The notes under the pieces: generated by a model
Told to the model about the DNA's origin: nothing
Seen by the model: only the letters and a program-made list of their open reading frames with translations
The model's database searches: none
In this document: piece by piece, positions 31,602 to 41,086 of the stretch
How positions within the stretch are numbered: position 1 is the first letter of the stretch
Layout of the letters: each line of letters begins with the position of its first letter
Program-made: the position numbers and the translations under genes
NCBI GenBank assembly: GCA_043821705.1
Contig: JBDRCN010000001.1
Location: 8,851-72,850 of the forward strand
From: Candidatus Omnitrophota bacterium
GTDB taxonomy: Bacteria; Omnitrophota; Gorgyraeia; Gorgyraeales; Gorgyraeaceae
Reading direction: 5' to 3'
Length of the DNA stretch: 64,000 bases

Positions 31602-33167
31602 GTGATAATGACTTCTAGAACGTTTTTTATATCAGCATTAATTGGAATCTTAGCTATAGAGCTATGCGGCTGTGCATCTAGCGGAAGGCTTAAAAAGACT
31701 GCAATAAAAAGCCCTACGAAAGAGATCAAAAGGATAGCAGAAGGGAAAAGAACATTCCCCCCGATATCCCCTAAGGCCTATGCCCATTATTCGATGGGCA
31801 TGATATATGACAATGAAGGCGCTACAGATAAGGCATTGACAGAATATCTAAAGGCTAGTGATCTTGATCCTGTCTCGAGTCAGATCTATTATCAATTAGG
31901 CGCTTCATATGTAAAGCTTGGCAAAATTAAAGAGGCCATGGCTTCTTTAAGCAAGGCAATTGAATATAATGAGTTTCATGCAAAGGCAAGGTTCTTGCTG
32001 GCACTTGTATACATGTCAGAGAAGCGTTTTGATGAAGCTAGCAAGCAGTATGAAGAGATCTTAAAGCATGACCCAGGGGATCTAGCTGTCTTGACATCTC
32101 TTGCTGATCTGTATATTTTAGGGGATGATCTAGAAAAGGCCATAGGGTTATATGAAAACCTGGTCAAAGAAAAAGAGGATTCTTCAATAATCCATTTTAA
32201 TCTGGCAATACTTTACACCAGGGCATCTAGGATAGAAGATGGCATAAAAGAACTTAAAAAAGCAATAGAATTAAAACCAGATTACCTTGAAGCTCATCTA
32301 GCGCTTGCTGTACTTTATGAGCTGGATAAGAACCTGGGGGATGCTACAAAATATTATAAAGAGGCCTTGAAATTAGACCCTACTAATACTAGGCTTCGTC
32401 GTCAGCTGGGGCAACTTTATTTTAGAATGGACGAGCCTGAAGAAGCAATAGTAGAATACAGGTCTTTGTTAAAATATTATCCAGAAGACGTGGTGCCTTA
32501 TATAGAGCTTAGTTATATGTATGTCTCGATCTCCAGGATAGAGGATGCGATAAAAGTCCTGGAAGAGGCATTTATATTGGACCAGAGAAGAGAAGATGTG
32601 CATATTGCGCTGGGTTTTTGTTACAATGAAAAAGGGGATAAGGCAAGGGCAATAGAAGAATACGAAAAGAGCATAGAGATAGATTCTTTTAATCCAAAAG
32701 CCTACTTTTATCTGGGGGCCATGCTTGAAGAGTCTGGGAAAACAAAAGAAGCAATAGAGAGATTAAAGAAGGCAGTAGAACTTGACCCATATGATGCAGA
32801 GTCGCTTAATTATCTTGGTTATATTTATGCTGAAGAGAACATGGCGCTTGATGAAGCAGGCAGTTTAATAAAAAGGGCTTTGGAATTAGACCCTGACAAT
32901 GGGGCTTATATAGATAGTTTAGGATGGGTCTATTTTAAACAAGGCCTGTTCGAGGAAGCTAAAGAAAATCTTGAAAAAGCGAGCGGGATCATTGGAGAAG
33001 ATCCTGTGATCTATGATCATCTTGGGGAGGTATATTTTACGATCGGTAGCTACGATAAAGCAAAAGAGGCTTGGGAAAGATCCCTAAACTTAAAACACAG
33101 TGAGGATGTTAAGAAAAAGATAGATAAACTAGAAGAGAACCACAACGTGAGGATAGATAAAAAATGA
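31602..33167 (+). CDS. TPR-repeat protein with signal/lipoprotein-like N-terminus
   Basis: 521-aa ORF with more than 10 TPR units. Confidence 0.8.
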   Translation: MIMTSRTFFISALIGILAIELCGCASSGRLKKTAIKSPTKEIKRIAEGKRTFPPISPKAYAHYSMGMIYDNEGATDKALTEYLKASDLDPVSSQIYYQLGASYVKLGKIKEAMASLSKAIEYNEFHAKARFLLALVYMSEKRFDEASKQYEEILKHDPGDLAVLTSLADLYILGDDLEKAIGLYENLVKEKEDSSIIHFNLAILYTRASRIEDGIKELKKAIELKPDYLEAHLALAVLYELDKNLGDATKYYKEALKLDPTNTRLRRQLGQLYFRMDEPEEAIVEYRSLLKYYPEDVVPYIELSYMYVSISRIEDAIKVLEEAFILDQRREDVHIALGFCYNEKGDKARAIEEYEKSIEIDSFNPKAYFYLGAMLEESGKTKEAIERLKKAVELDPYDAESLNYLGYIYAEENMALDEAGSLIKRALELDPDNGAYIDSLGWVYFKQGLFEEAKENLEKASGIIGEDPVIYDHLGEVYFTIGSYDKAKEAWERSLNLKHSEDVKKKIDKLEENHNVRIDKK

Positions 33168-33994
33168 AAAAAAGACCTCAGCTAAAAACATTGGAAAAAA
33201 TAGCCAGAGACATCCGTATTGAGATCGTGACTATGTTGCATTGTGCTGGTTCAGGCCATACAGGAGGGTCGCTTTCTTTGGTAGAGATATTGGTCAGTCT
33301 GTATTTTTATAAATTTAAATGTGAACCAGATAAACCGCTTTGCGACACTAGAGACATATTTATTTTATCAAAGGGCCATGGCTGTCCAGCGCTTTATTCA
33401 GTCCTAGCTCACATGAATTTTTTTGATAAAAAAGAATTATGCACTCTTAGACAGACAGGTACCCGTCTTCAGGGCCATCCTCAAAGAGGATTGCCTGGGA
33501 TAGAGGTTTCCAGTGGTTCTTTAGGCCAAGGCCTTTCCATAGCTAATGGTTTTGCACTAGGTTCCAGACTAAACAAAGATAGTAGAAATATCTATTGCGT
33601 AATGGGCGATGGAGAGCTTGATGAAGGCCAAGTCTGGGAAGCTGCTTTAACAAGTGCTCATCATAAACTAGACAAAGTGTGCGCTATAGTGGATTTTAAT
33701 AAGTTTCAAATAGACGGCCCAATAAAAGAAGTTAAAAATTTAGAACCCCTAGGTAAAAAGTGGCTTGCTTTTGGTTGGAATGTGATCGAAGTAAATGGGC
33801 ATAAGATAACTGAACTTATGGATGCATATGATAAAGCAGAAAAAGTAAAAGGTAGACCTACGATCATCCTAGCGCACACAGTCAAAGGAAAAGGTGTTTC
33901 TTTTTTTGAAAATCAGAACAAATATCATGGGGTTGCTCCTACAAAAGAAGAGCTGGAGAAAGCGATAAAAGAACTAACAAAAGAAGGTAATTAA
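33164..33994 (+). CDS. tktA: Transketolase, N-terminal (TPP-binding) subunit
   Basis: 276-aa ORF with GHTGGSLS and GDGELDEG motifs. Confidence 0.9.
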   Translation: MKKRPQLKTLEKIARDIRIEIVTMLHCAGSGHTGGSLSLVEILVSLYFYKFKCEPDKPLCDTRDIFILSKGHGCPALYSVLAHMNFFDKKELCTLRQTGTRLQGHPQRGLPGIEVSSGSLGQGLSIANGFALGSRLNKDSRNIYCVMGDGELDEGQVWEAALTSAHHKLDKVCAIVDFNKFQIDGPIKEVKNLEPLGKKWLAFGWNVIEVNGHKITELMDAYDKAEKVKGRPTIILAHTVKGKGVSFFENQNKYHGVAPTKEELEKAIKELTKEGN

Positions 33995-33998
33995 TCTT

Positions 33999-34937
33999 AT
34001 GGATAAAAAACCAACAAGAGATGGGTTTGGCGAGGGAGTAGTAGAGCTAGGAGAACAGAGAGAGGACATCGTAGTTCTTTCAGCAGACCTAACAGAGTCT
34101 ACGAGAGCAGGATGGTTTAAGAAGAGATTTCCTGATAGATTTTTTTCTATGGGAGTGAGCGAACAGGACATGATCTCTACTGCAGCAGGGCTTGCTCTTT
34201 CAGGTAAGGTGCCTTTTGCGTGTACGTTTGGCGTATTTGCTGCTGGCAGGGCTTGGGACCAGATAAGAGTGTCAGTAGCGTATATGAATTTAAATGTAAA
34301 TATAATTGGTACCCATGGGGGTATTTCTGTAGGCCCAGATGGCCCAACTCATCAGGCAATAGAAGAGATAACGCTTATGAGAGTTTTACCCAATATGACA
34401 GTGATAGTCCCTTGCGATGCTGTAGAAGCAAAGAAAGCGACTATTGAAAGCGCTTCACTCGAAGGGCCGTGTTATCATAGATTAGGCAGAAGCGGGGTCC
34501 CTATCATCACAAAACCCGAAGATGATTTTAAGATAGGTAAGGCCTCGATCCTGAAAGAAGGAAGTGATGTTTCGATCTTTGCTTGCGGGCAGGAAGTATA
34601 CGAAGCATTGTTAGCGCACGATATCCTAAAAAAAGATGGGATATCGTCAAGTGTTATCAATCTACATACATTAAAACCAATTGACCGAGACGCGATCATA
34701 AAAGAAGCTAAAAAGACAGGAGCGATAGTTACTGCAGAGGAGCATTCAATATTAGGCGGACTTGGAGGCGCTGTCAGTGAAGTGATAGTCCAAGAGTTCC
34801 CTGTGCCTATGGAATTTATAGGAGTCAATGATAGGTTTGGTGAATCAGGTTCTGCAGAAGAACTCTTCAAGATATTTGGCCTTACTGCAGAGGATATTGC
34901 TAAAAAAGCAAAAAAGGCCATCAGTAGAAAGAAGTAA
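33999..34937 (+). CDS. tktB: Transketolase, C-terminal (pyrimidine-binding) subunit
   Basis: 312 aa, in the split two-gene arrangement. Confidence 0.9.
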   Translation: MDKKPTRDGFGEGVVELGEQREDIVVLSADLTESTRAGWFKKRFPDRFFSMGVSEQDMISTAAGLALSGKVPFACTFGVFAAGRAWDQIRVSVAYMNLNVNIIGTHGGISVGPDGPTHQAIEEITLMRVLPNMTVIVPCDAVEAKKATIESASLEGPCYHRLGRSGVPIITKPEDDFKIGKASILKEGSDVSIFACGQEVYEALLAHDILKKDGISSSVINLHTLKPIDRDAIIKEAKKTGAIVTAEEHSILGGLGGAVSEVIVQEFPVPMEFIGVNDRFGESGSAEELFKIFGLTAEDIAKKAKKAISRKK

Positions 34938-34952
34938 TACAAATAGTTCTTT

Positions 34953-35837
34953 ATGCAAGAATTTAAAGTTTATGCACCAGCAAAATTAAATCTATATCTG
35001 GATGTAGTAGGGAAAAGGCCAGATGGAAATCATAATATAGAAACGCTCTTTGAAAAAATAGATCTAAAGGATGAGATAGTTATAAAAGAATCCAAGGAAG
35101 GTATAAAAGTAGATGTCTTTAATTCATCTTGTCCTTCTGGAGAAAAGAATATTGTTTACAAAGCCCTTGTCGCGCTTTTAAATGAGGCAGACATTAAACT
35201 TGGCTTGGAAGTGTCAATAAATAAGAAAATCCCAGTTTCAGCTGGGCTTGGAGGCGGTTCTAGTGATGCTGCGTCAGCATTACGTTCAGTTAATGATAAG
35301 TTTAAACTGGGGGTTCCAAAAGCAAGACTCTTAGATATAGCGAAAGGACTAGGAAAAGATGTGCCTTTTTTTATGATCGATGAGCCTTTTGCTATAGGGA
35401 CAGAGTGTGGGGACGAGTTGAAAATAATTGATAGTGATATCTCCCTCGCGCATGTAGTGATAAAACCAGATACCTCTATATCAACAGCTTTAGCATATAG
35501 CAGAGTTGACCTAGGAAAAAGACAGAAAATAGACAAAGGTATCAATAAACTGATCACTGCTCTTAAAAGCAAAGACATATCTTCCATAGAAAAGAATTGT
35601 TATAATATCTTTGAAGAAGCATTGGGCGAGGACAAAGATAACATAGAAAGTATTAAAGGCCAGGCCTCTAGAGATACTAAAAAAGAATTTTTCTTATCCG
35701 GAAGCGGGCCGGCTATATTTTGTATCATAGAAGGAAGAGATATGGCAAAAGCTATTTTGGGGAATGTGCAAAAAATAAACAACATGGAATATTTTTTAGC
35801 AACAACTTACAAAGGAGGCATCTATGGAGATAACTGA
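34953..35837 (+). CDS. ispE: 4-diphosphocytidyl-2-C-methyl-D-erythritol kinase
   Basis: 294-aa ORF with a GHMP kinase motif (PVSAGLGGGSSDAA). Confidence 0.9.
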   Translation: MQEFKVYAPAKLNLYLDVVGKRPDGNHNIETLFEKIDLKDEIVIKESKEGIKVDVFNSSCPSGEKNIVYKALVALLNEADIKLGLEVSINKKIPVSAGLGGGSSDAASALRSVNDKFKLGVPKARLLDIAKGLGKDVPFFMIDEPFAIGTECGDELKIIDSDISLAHVVIKPDTSISTALAYSRVDLGKRQKIDKGINKLITALKSKDISSIEKNCYNIFEEALGEDKDNIESIKGQASRDTKKEFFLSGSGPAIFCIIEGRDMAKAILGNVQKINNMEYFLATTYKGGIYGDN

Positions 35838-36249
35838 AGTCAGGATATTTCCTAAGGAGGGGCTTAACAACAAGCTGCGCGCGTATGCTACTATAACTAT
35901 AGAAAACGCATTTGTTGTAAGAAACATCAAGGTTATAGAAGGCAAGAGCGGACTTTTTGTTGCAATGCCATCGCGCAAGATGAAATACTCTTGCCCAAAA
36001 TGCAACCATAAGAACGAGGTAAGGAGTAAATTTTGCAATTCATGCGGAGGCAGCCTTCCTCAAGCGCATCATGAGCCCAAGACGCCAGAAGAACAACAAG
36101 ACGCAAGGCAGTCAGAACATAAGGATATTGCGCATCCCATAAGTGTCCAGTGCAGGGAATACATACAGAAAAAAGTACTGGATGCCTATGAAGCTGAAAA
36201 GAAAAAAGGCCCTGGCGTACCTAGAATGAGCGAAGAGTACCACGAATAA
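35824..36249 (+). CDS. spoVG: SpoVG family protein with inserted CxxC...CxxC zinc-ribbon and extended C-terminus
   Basis: MEITEVRIFP...GLFVAMPSRK, then the insert MKYSCPKCNHKNEVRSKFCNSCGG, then DIAHPI. Canonical SpoVG is about 95 aa; this ORF is 141 aa. Confidence 0.8.
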   Translation: MEITEVRIFPKEGLNNKLRAYATITIENAFVVRNIKVIEGKSGLFVAMPSRKMKYSCPKCNHKNEVRSKFCNSCGGSLPQAHHEPKTPEEQQDARQSEHKDIAHPISVQCREYIQKKVLDAYEAEKKKGPGVPRMSEEYHE

Positions 36250-36273
36250 TCGCACGACGCAATACGGATACAT

Positions 36274-36347
36274 TGCCTGGTAGTGTAATGGTAACACATC
36301 AGCTTTTGGAGCTGAGTTTCTAGGTTCGAATCCTAGCCGGGCAGCCA
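36274..36347 (+). tRNA. tRNA-Gln (anticodon TTG)
   Basis: Sequence tgcctggtagtgtaatggtaacacatcagctTTTGgagctga...ggttcgaatcctagccgggcagcca. Confidence 0.8.
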
Positions 36348-36399
36348 TCCTACGCCTTTCACGAATAGCGAATAGAACGTCTGGCTTCGGATGGCGAGG
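36348..36399 (+). repeat. Repeat family D copy D2 (immediately 3' of tRNA-Gln)
   Basis: The sequence tcctacgcctttcacgaatagcgaatagaacgtctggcttcggatggcgagg aligns with D1 and D3. Confidence 0.7.
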
Positions 36400-36512
36400 T
36401 AGTATTAGGATTCGAATGGAGTCCCGCGCTGACGAATAGGAAGAAAAGCTACGACGAAAAGGAGTAGCACCAGCGGGACGGATGGCCGACCCTGAGCGGA
36501 TGCGAAGGGCGC

Positions 36513-36533
36513 CGAATCCTAGCCGGGCAGCCA
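36513..36533 (+). repeat. 21-nt duplicate of the tRNA-Gln 3' end (cgaatcctagccgggcagcca)
   Basis: Identical to 36327-36347 but without the upstream T-stem or the remainder of a tRNA. The result is direct repeats 166 bp apart, resembling attL/attR. Confidence 0.7.
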
Positions 36534-36640
36534 TTCTTCTTCGCCCTTTGAGTATAAAATACTCCGGTGGGGCTTCGAAGAATGATTCCTACGAAGCCAT
36601 ACCGTCGATTAATAAGTTGAATGGCGTAGTAGAACATATT
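36534..36640 (+). repeat. Repeat family E copy E2
   Basis: Aligns with the reverse complement of 11200-11309. Confidence 0.75.
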
Positions 36641-36653
36641 AAAAAGGTGAATT

Positions 36654-37916
36654 ATGCAAAAGATTGCGTCAATTATACTTGCTGCGGGTGAAGGGACAAG
36701 GATGAAATCATCCATGTCTAAGGTCTTACATCCAGTATGCAATAGGCCAATGATAAATCATTCTATAGATGCTATAAATTCTATAGGAATAAAAAATATT
36801 ATCTTGGTAGTGGGGCACAAGGCAGATCAGGTAAAGAAGGCTTTGCCAGGTTTTAGCTTTGTAATGCAAAAAGAGATGCTCGGTACAGGAGATGCAGTCT
36901 TGCGTACTAAAAATATTGTTTTAAAGGATAGATCAATAGATTCTGTTCTTGTATCATGCGGGGATTCTCCTCTTTTAACAGGGGCTACCTTGAAAAAGGT
37001 CGTTGATAAACATATTGCTACTAGATCCGGGTGCACGCTTCTTACAGCAAAATTGAAAAATCCCACTGGGTACGGGAGGATCTTGCGCAGAGAAGATGAT
37101 AAAGTTGTTGGGATAGTAGAGGAACTAGATGCGGATATTTACAGTAAAGTAAATGAAGAGATAAACGTAGGGGTGTATTGCTTTAAAAAAGACATGCTTT
37201 TTGATGCCTTAAGTAAGCTCAAGCCTAACAATAAAAAGAACGAATATTATTTAACAGATGTCATAGAAATACTAGCAAAAACAGACATCTTAGTTAATTC
37301 AGTCTCAACAGATGATATAGATGAGTTTTTAGGAGTAAATACAAGGAAAGATCTAGCTAAAGCAAATCATGTAGCCAATATCAGGATAATGAACCGTCTT
37401 ATGGAAGAAGGCGTGACCATAGTGGACCCATTGAATACCTACATAGAAGAGGGGGTAGAAGTTGGCAAAGATACCATAATATATCCCTATACTTTTATAG
37501 AGAAAAATGTTAAAATAGGTTCGCGCTGTAAAATAGGCCCATCTGCAAGGCTGCGCCCTGGAACAGTTATCGATGATGAGGTTAAAATAGGAAATTTCGC
37601 AGAGCTTGTTCGTTCTCATGTAGGCAAGCATTCAAGGGTCAATCATCAGTGCTATATCGGGGACACTACTATAGGAAAACATGTGAATATAGGCGCTGGA
37701 ACCATAATAGCTAATTATGACGGGAAACATAAGTACAAGACTATTATAGAAGACAAGGCATTTATAGGTTCAGGGAGTATCTTAGTAGCACCTGTTAAAG
37801 TAGGCAAAGGCGCTGTGACTGGCGCGGGAAGCGTGCTTACAAAGAATAAGAATGTTCCTCCAGGAAAGATAGTAGTGGGGGTCCCTGCAAGAATTTTAAA
37901 GAAACATAACGTATAG
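36654..37916 (+). CDS. glmU: Bifunctional GlcNAc-1-P uridyltransferase / GlcN-1-P acetyltransferase
   Basis: 420-aa ORF with an N-terminal nucleotidyltransferase domain (LAAGEGTRMKS) and C-terminal hexapeptide repeats. Confidence 0.9.
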   Translation: MQKIASIILAAGEGTRMKSSMSKVLHPVCNRPMINHSIDAINSIGIKNIILVVGHKADQVKKALPGFSFVMQKEMLGTGDAVLRTKNIVLKDRSIDSVLVSCGDSPLLTGATLKKVVDKHIATRSGCTLLTAKLKNPTGYGRILRREDDKVVGIVEELDADIYSKVNEEINVGVYCFKKDMLFDALSKLKPNNKKNEYYLTDVIEILAKTDILVNSVSTDDIDEFLGVNTRKDLAKANHVANIRIMNRLMEEGVTIVDPLNTYIEEGVEVGKDTIIYPYTFIEKNVKIGSRCKIGPSARLRPGTVIDDEVKIGNFAELVRSHVGKHSRVNHQCYIGDTTIGKHVNIGAGTIIANYDGKHKYKTIIEDKAFIGSGSILVAPVKVGKGAVTGAGSVLTKNKNVPPGKIVVGVPARILKKHNV

Positions 37917-37924
37917 CTCTATTA

Positions 37925-37956
37925 CTGATTACGGTTCACGAATTACGAATCACGAT
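37925..37956 (+). promoter_or_regulatory. Tandem heptamer repeats upstream of prs (gattACGGTTCACGAATTACGAATCACGAtaaaaggag)
   Basis: Same motif family as 9275-9318 and the same position relative to the RBS. Confidence 0.5.
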
Positions 37957-37970
37957 AAAAGGAGAGACGT

Positions 37971-38915
37971 ATGAATAGAACTGCTGCTATATTTACTGGT
38001 AATTCAAATCCGGAATTAGCAAAAGAGATAGTACGTTATTTAAGTATGAGTCTCGGCAAGGCATATGTCGGTGCTTTTAGCGAAGGGGAGCTAAAGGTCA
38101 TGATAGATGAGAATGTAAGAGGCAAGGATGTATTCATCGTTCAATCCACATGCACCCCTCCAAACAGAAATCTTATGGAGCTTCTTATCCTGATAGATGC
38201 CTTAAGAAGGGCTTCTGCAAAAAGGATCACAGCAGTCCTCCCGTATTTTGGATATGCAAGGCAGGACAGAAAAGATCAGCCGAGAGTTCCGATCACTGCT
38301 AAGTTAGTAGCAAACCTTTTGACAACCGCAGGCGCTGACAGGGTGTTGACAGTGGACTTACACGCAGGACAGATCCAAGGGTTTTTTGATATACCATTAG
38401 ACCATCTATACGCTGTGACTACATTTGTCAATTATCTGACCAAGTTGAAATTAAAGGACCTTGTAGTAGTATCCCCTGATGTGGGCGGCATAAAAACAGC
38501 AAGGTCTTATGCTAAGAGACTAGGAGTACCTTTAGCTATCGTTGATAAACGGAGAGTTAATGGAGAGGATACTGCTGTTATGAATATATTAGGAGAAGAA
38601 GAGATAAAAAAGAAGAATGTTCTTTTAATAGACGACATCGTAGCAACAGCAGGTTCTCTGGTAGAAGCTGCAACTGCGCTGAAGAAAAAAGGCGCTAAAG
38701 ACGTGTACGCTGCTATAACCCATGCTGTGCTTTCAGGCCCAGCAATACAACGTATCAACAGTTCTCCTATAAAAAAGATCTTTGTTACAAATAGTATACC
38801 GCTAGGTAGAAAAGAAAAGAATAAAAAGATAAAAGTATTGACTATCGCACCTCTTTTAGCAGAGGCTATAAGAAGGATACACAATGAAGAATCAGTAAGT
38901 TGTTTATTTGATTAA
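37971..38915 (+). CDS. prs: Ribose-phosphate pyrophosphokinase
   Basis: The 314-aa ORF contains the PRPP-binding loop. Confidence 0.95.
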   Translation: MNRTAAIFTGNSNPELAKEIVRYLSMSLGKAYVGAFSEGELKVMIDENVRGKDVFIVQSTCTPPNRNLMELLILIDALRRASAKRITAVLPYFGYARQDRKDQPRVPITAKLVANLLTTAGADRVLTVDLHAGQIQGFFDIPLDHLYAVTTFVNYLTKLKLKDLVVVSPDVGGIKTARSYAKRLGVPLAIVDKRRVNGEDTAVMNILGEEEIKKKNVLLIDDIVATAGSLVEAATALKKKGAKDVYAAITHAVLSGPAIQRINSSPIKKIFVTNSIPLGRKEKNKKIKVLTIAPLLAEAIRRIHNEESVSCLFD

Positions 38916-38935
38916 TAGAAAGGAAGTGTTTAGTT

Positions 38936-39652
38936 ATGGAGTTTGTAGATCTAAATGTTAGCTTGAGAGAAGGAACAGGTAAAGAGAAAAATAAAAAATT
39001 GCGTCAATCCGGGCTTGTCCCAGCTGTTGTGTACAGAAAAGGCGAGGAGACTGTAATCCTTAAGATAGACAAAAAGATACTTGGCAAAGCCCTTCACACA
39101 GAAGCAGGAGAGAACGTAATATTAAAGCTTCACATAGAAGGAGCAAAGAAGAAAAAAGAGAGGACAGTTGTCATAAAAGAGATACAGAGAGATCCAGTAA
39201 AAGATATAGTCCTTCATGCAGATTTTCAGGAAATATCTCTGACTGAAAAACTTAAGGTAAAGGTCCAGATCTTGTCAAAAGGCGAAGCTAAAGGCGTAAA
39301 ACAAGACGGAGGAGTGCTACAGCATGTATTGTGGGAGGCAGAGGTAGAGTGCCTACCTACTAACATACCTGAAAAGATAGAAGTCGATATAAAAGACCTT
39401 AAAATTGGGGACTCTATACACGTAAAAGATGTTATAGCCCCAGAAGGTGTCGCGATCTTGAATGACCCAGAAGAAGTAGTCTTTAGCGTAGAACATCCTA
39501 AGAGTGTAGAAGATCTTGTAGCTGCTGAGCCAGTTGAAGGCGAAGCGCAGGAACCTGAGCTTATAAGAGAAAAGAAAGAAAAGGAGCTTGAGGCAGAAGA
39601 AGAAGCACAAGAACCTGAAACGAAGAAAGAAAAAGAAGAGGGTTCTAAATAA
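38936..39652 (+). CDS. rplY: 50S ribosomal protein L25 / general stress protein Ctc (long form, acidic tail)
   Basis: 238-aa ORF with an L25 beta-barrel N-terminus and an E/K-rich C-terminus. Confidence 0.85.
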   Translation: MEFVDLNVSLREGTGKEKNKKLRQSGLVPAVVYRKGEETVILKIDKKILGKALHTEAGENVILKLHIEGAKKKKERTVVIKEIQRDPVKDIVLHADFQEISLTEKLKVKVQILSKGEAKGVKQDGGVLQHVLWEAEVECLPTNIPEKIEVDIKDLKIGDSIHVKDVIAPEGVAILNDPEEVVFSVEHPKSVEDLVAAEPVEGEAQEPELIREKKEKELEAEEEAQEPETKKEKEEGSK

Positions 39653-39775
39653 CAAATGTCAAATTTCAAATGTCAAATCAATTACTAAATTCCAATGCCA
39701 AATTGGAAATTAAGAAATTTGGATTTTATTTGGTTTTTGTCATTAGACATTTAGAATTAACAGGAATTTATAATA

Positions 39776-40360
39776 ATGAAGCTTATCGTTGGCCTGGGAA
39801 ACCCTGGGGAAGAATACACTCTTACTCGTCATAATATAGGGTTTTTAGTAGTCGAAGATATAGCCAGATCCAATAATCTAGATTTAAAAAAAAAGAAGAA
39901 ATTTGAAGGGGAGACAGGCGAAGGTGTAATAAAAGGTGAGATGTCCATTATATTCAAGCCTCACACTTACATGAATCTTTCAGGAAACAGCGTGCATAAG
40001 CTCATAAATTGGCTCTCGCTGGACCTAAATGATCTTTTGGTTATTTTTGACGACATATCTCTTTTTTTCGAAGATATAAGGATAAGGCCAAAAGGCAGTG
40101 ACGGAGGCCATAAAGGGCTGAGGTCGATAATAGATTGTCTTGGCACAGATGAATTTTCCAGGATCAGGGTAGGGATAAAAGGCAACAAAGAGATCAGTAA
40201 CTACCCGAGATATGTTTTGAACAGGTTCACTAAAAAGGAACAGATAATTTTACCTGATATTATCAAAAGGACTGCTTCAGCATGCGAATGTTGGGTTAAA
40301 GAAGGAGTTGAAGAGACAATGAATACATTTAATATGAAAAAATTAAAGGGGAGGAACTAG
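39776..40360 (+). CDS. pth: Peptidyl-tRNA hydrolase
   Basis: 194-aa ORF beginning MKLIVGLGNPG. Confidence 0.9.
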   Translation: MKLIVGLGNPGEEYTLTRHNIGFLVVEDIARSNNLDLKKKKKFEGETGEGVIKGEMSIIFKPHTYMNLSGNSVHKLINWLSLDLNDLLVIFDDISLFFEDIRIRPKGSDGGHKGLRSIIDCLGTDEFSRIRVGIKGNKEISNYPRYVLNRFTKKEQIILPDIIKRTASACECWVKEGVEETMNTFNMKKLKGRN

Positions 40361-40641
40361 TGAAAAGTTATGAAGCAATGTTTATACTGAGAAGTGATCT
40401 ACCTGAGGACAAGTTTGATAAGACCTTGACCCAGATCAAAGATGTCCTATCAAAGCATAAAACTTCTGTTGATGAGATGAAAGAATGGGGCAAGCAAAAG
40501 TTAGCTTATCCCATCAAGAAAAAAGAAGAAGGTATCTATTATCTTGTAAATTTTCATGCTGACACAGATACTATCAATAAGATGAGGAAGATATTCAACC
40601 TCAATGATGCGATACTAAGGACACTGATCATTGCAGTATAA
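40360..40641 (+). CDS. rpsF: 30S ribosomal protein S6
   Basis: The 93-aa ORF begins YEAMFIL. Confidence 0.9.
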   Translation: MKSYEAMFILRSDLPEDKFDKTLTQIKDVLSKHKTSVDEMKEWGKQKLAYPIKKKEEGIYYLVNFHADTDTINKMRKIFNLNDAILRTLIIAV

Positions 40642-40661
40642 AGTGAGGACCGAAGGAGGAT

Positions 40662-41075
40662 ATGATGGCGAGTCTTAATAAGGTATTTTTAATAGGCAAC
40701 TTAACAAGAGATCCTGAACTTAGATATGTACCGAGCGGAGCTCCTGTAGCTACTTTTGGTCTAGCTGTAAATAGGCGCTATGTAATGCAGAGCGGAGAAA
40801 AGAAAGACGAAGTATGTTTTGTGCGCATAGTTGTCTTTGGGAAACAAGCAGAGAGCTGTAGCCAGCATTTAAGCAAAGGCCGCCTTATCTTTGTAGAAGG
40901 CAGGCTCCAATATCGTTCATGGGAACAGGAAGGACAGAAAAGAAGTACTCTGGATATTATAGCAGACAGGGTGCAGTTTTTAGGAAGCCCGAAACCACAA
41001 GGTCAGGAACAAGAAGAATCCATGGATTCTATGAAAGAAGTAGAGATAAAAACCGACGAAGAAGTCCCGTTTTAA
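40662..41075 (+). CDS. ssb: Single-stranded DNA-binding protein
   Basis: 137-aa OB fold with an acidic C-terminal tip (DEEVPF). Confidence 0.9.
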   Translation: MMASLNKVFLIGNLTRDPELRYVPSGAPVATFGLAVNRRYVMQSGEKKDEVCFVRIVVFGKQAESCSQHLSKGRLIFVEGRLQYRSWEQEGQKRSTLDIIADRVQFLGSPKPQGQEQEESMDSMKEVEIKTDEEVPF

Positions 41076-41086
41076 GGAGGAGTTAG

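Noticed and set aside
36400-36535. Possible second tRNA or tmRNA between D2 and E2
   Set aside because: Only the terminal 21 nt of tRNA-Gln are present, with no T-stem partner, no D-arm and no tag-peptide reading frame. I could not fold a cloverleaf.
36112-36742. ORFs 36112..36534(-), 36449..36742(-), 36482..36691(+) and 11200..11391(-)
   Set aside because: They are translations across tRNA genes and the D/E repeat copies. The shared peptide ILLRPLSIKYSGGASKNDSYEA simply reflects the duplicated E element, not a protein family.
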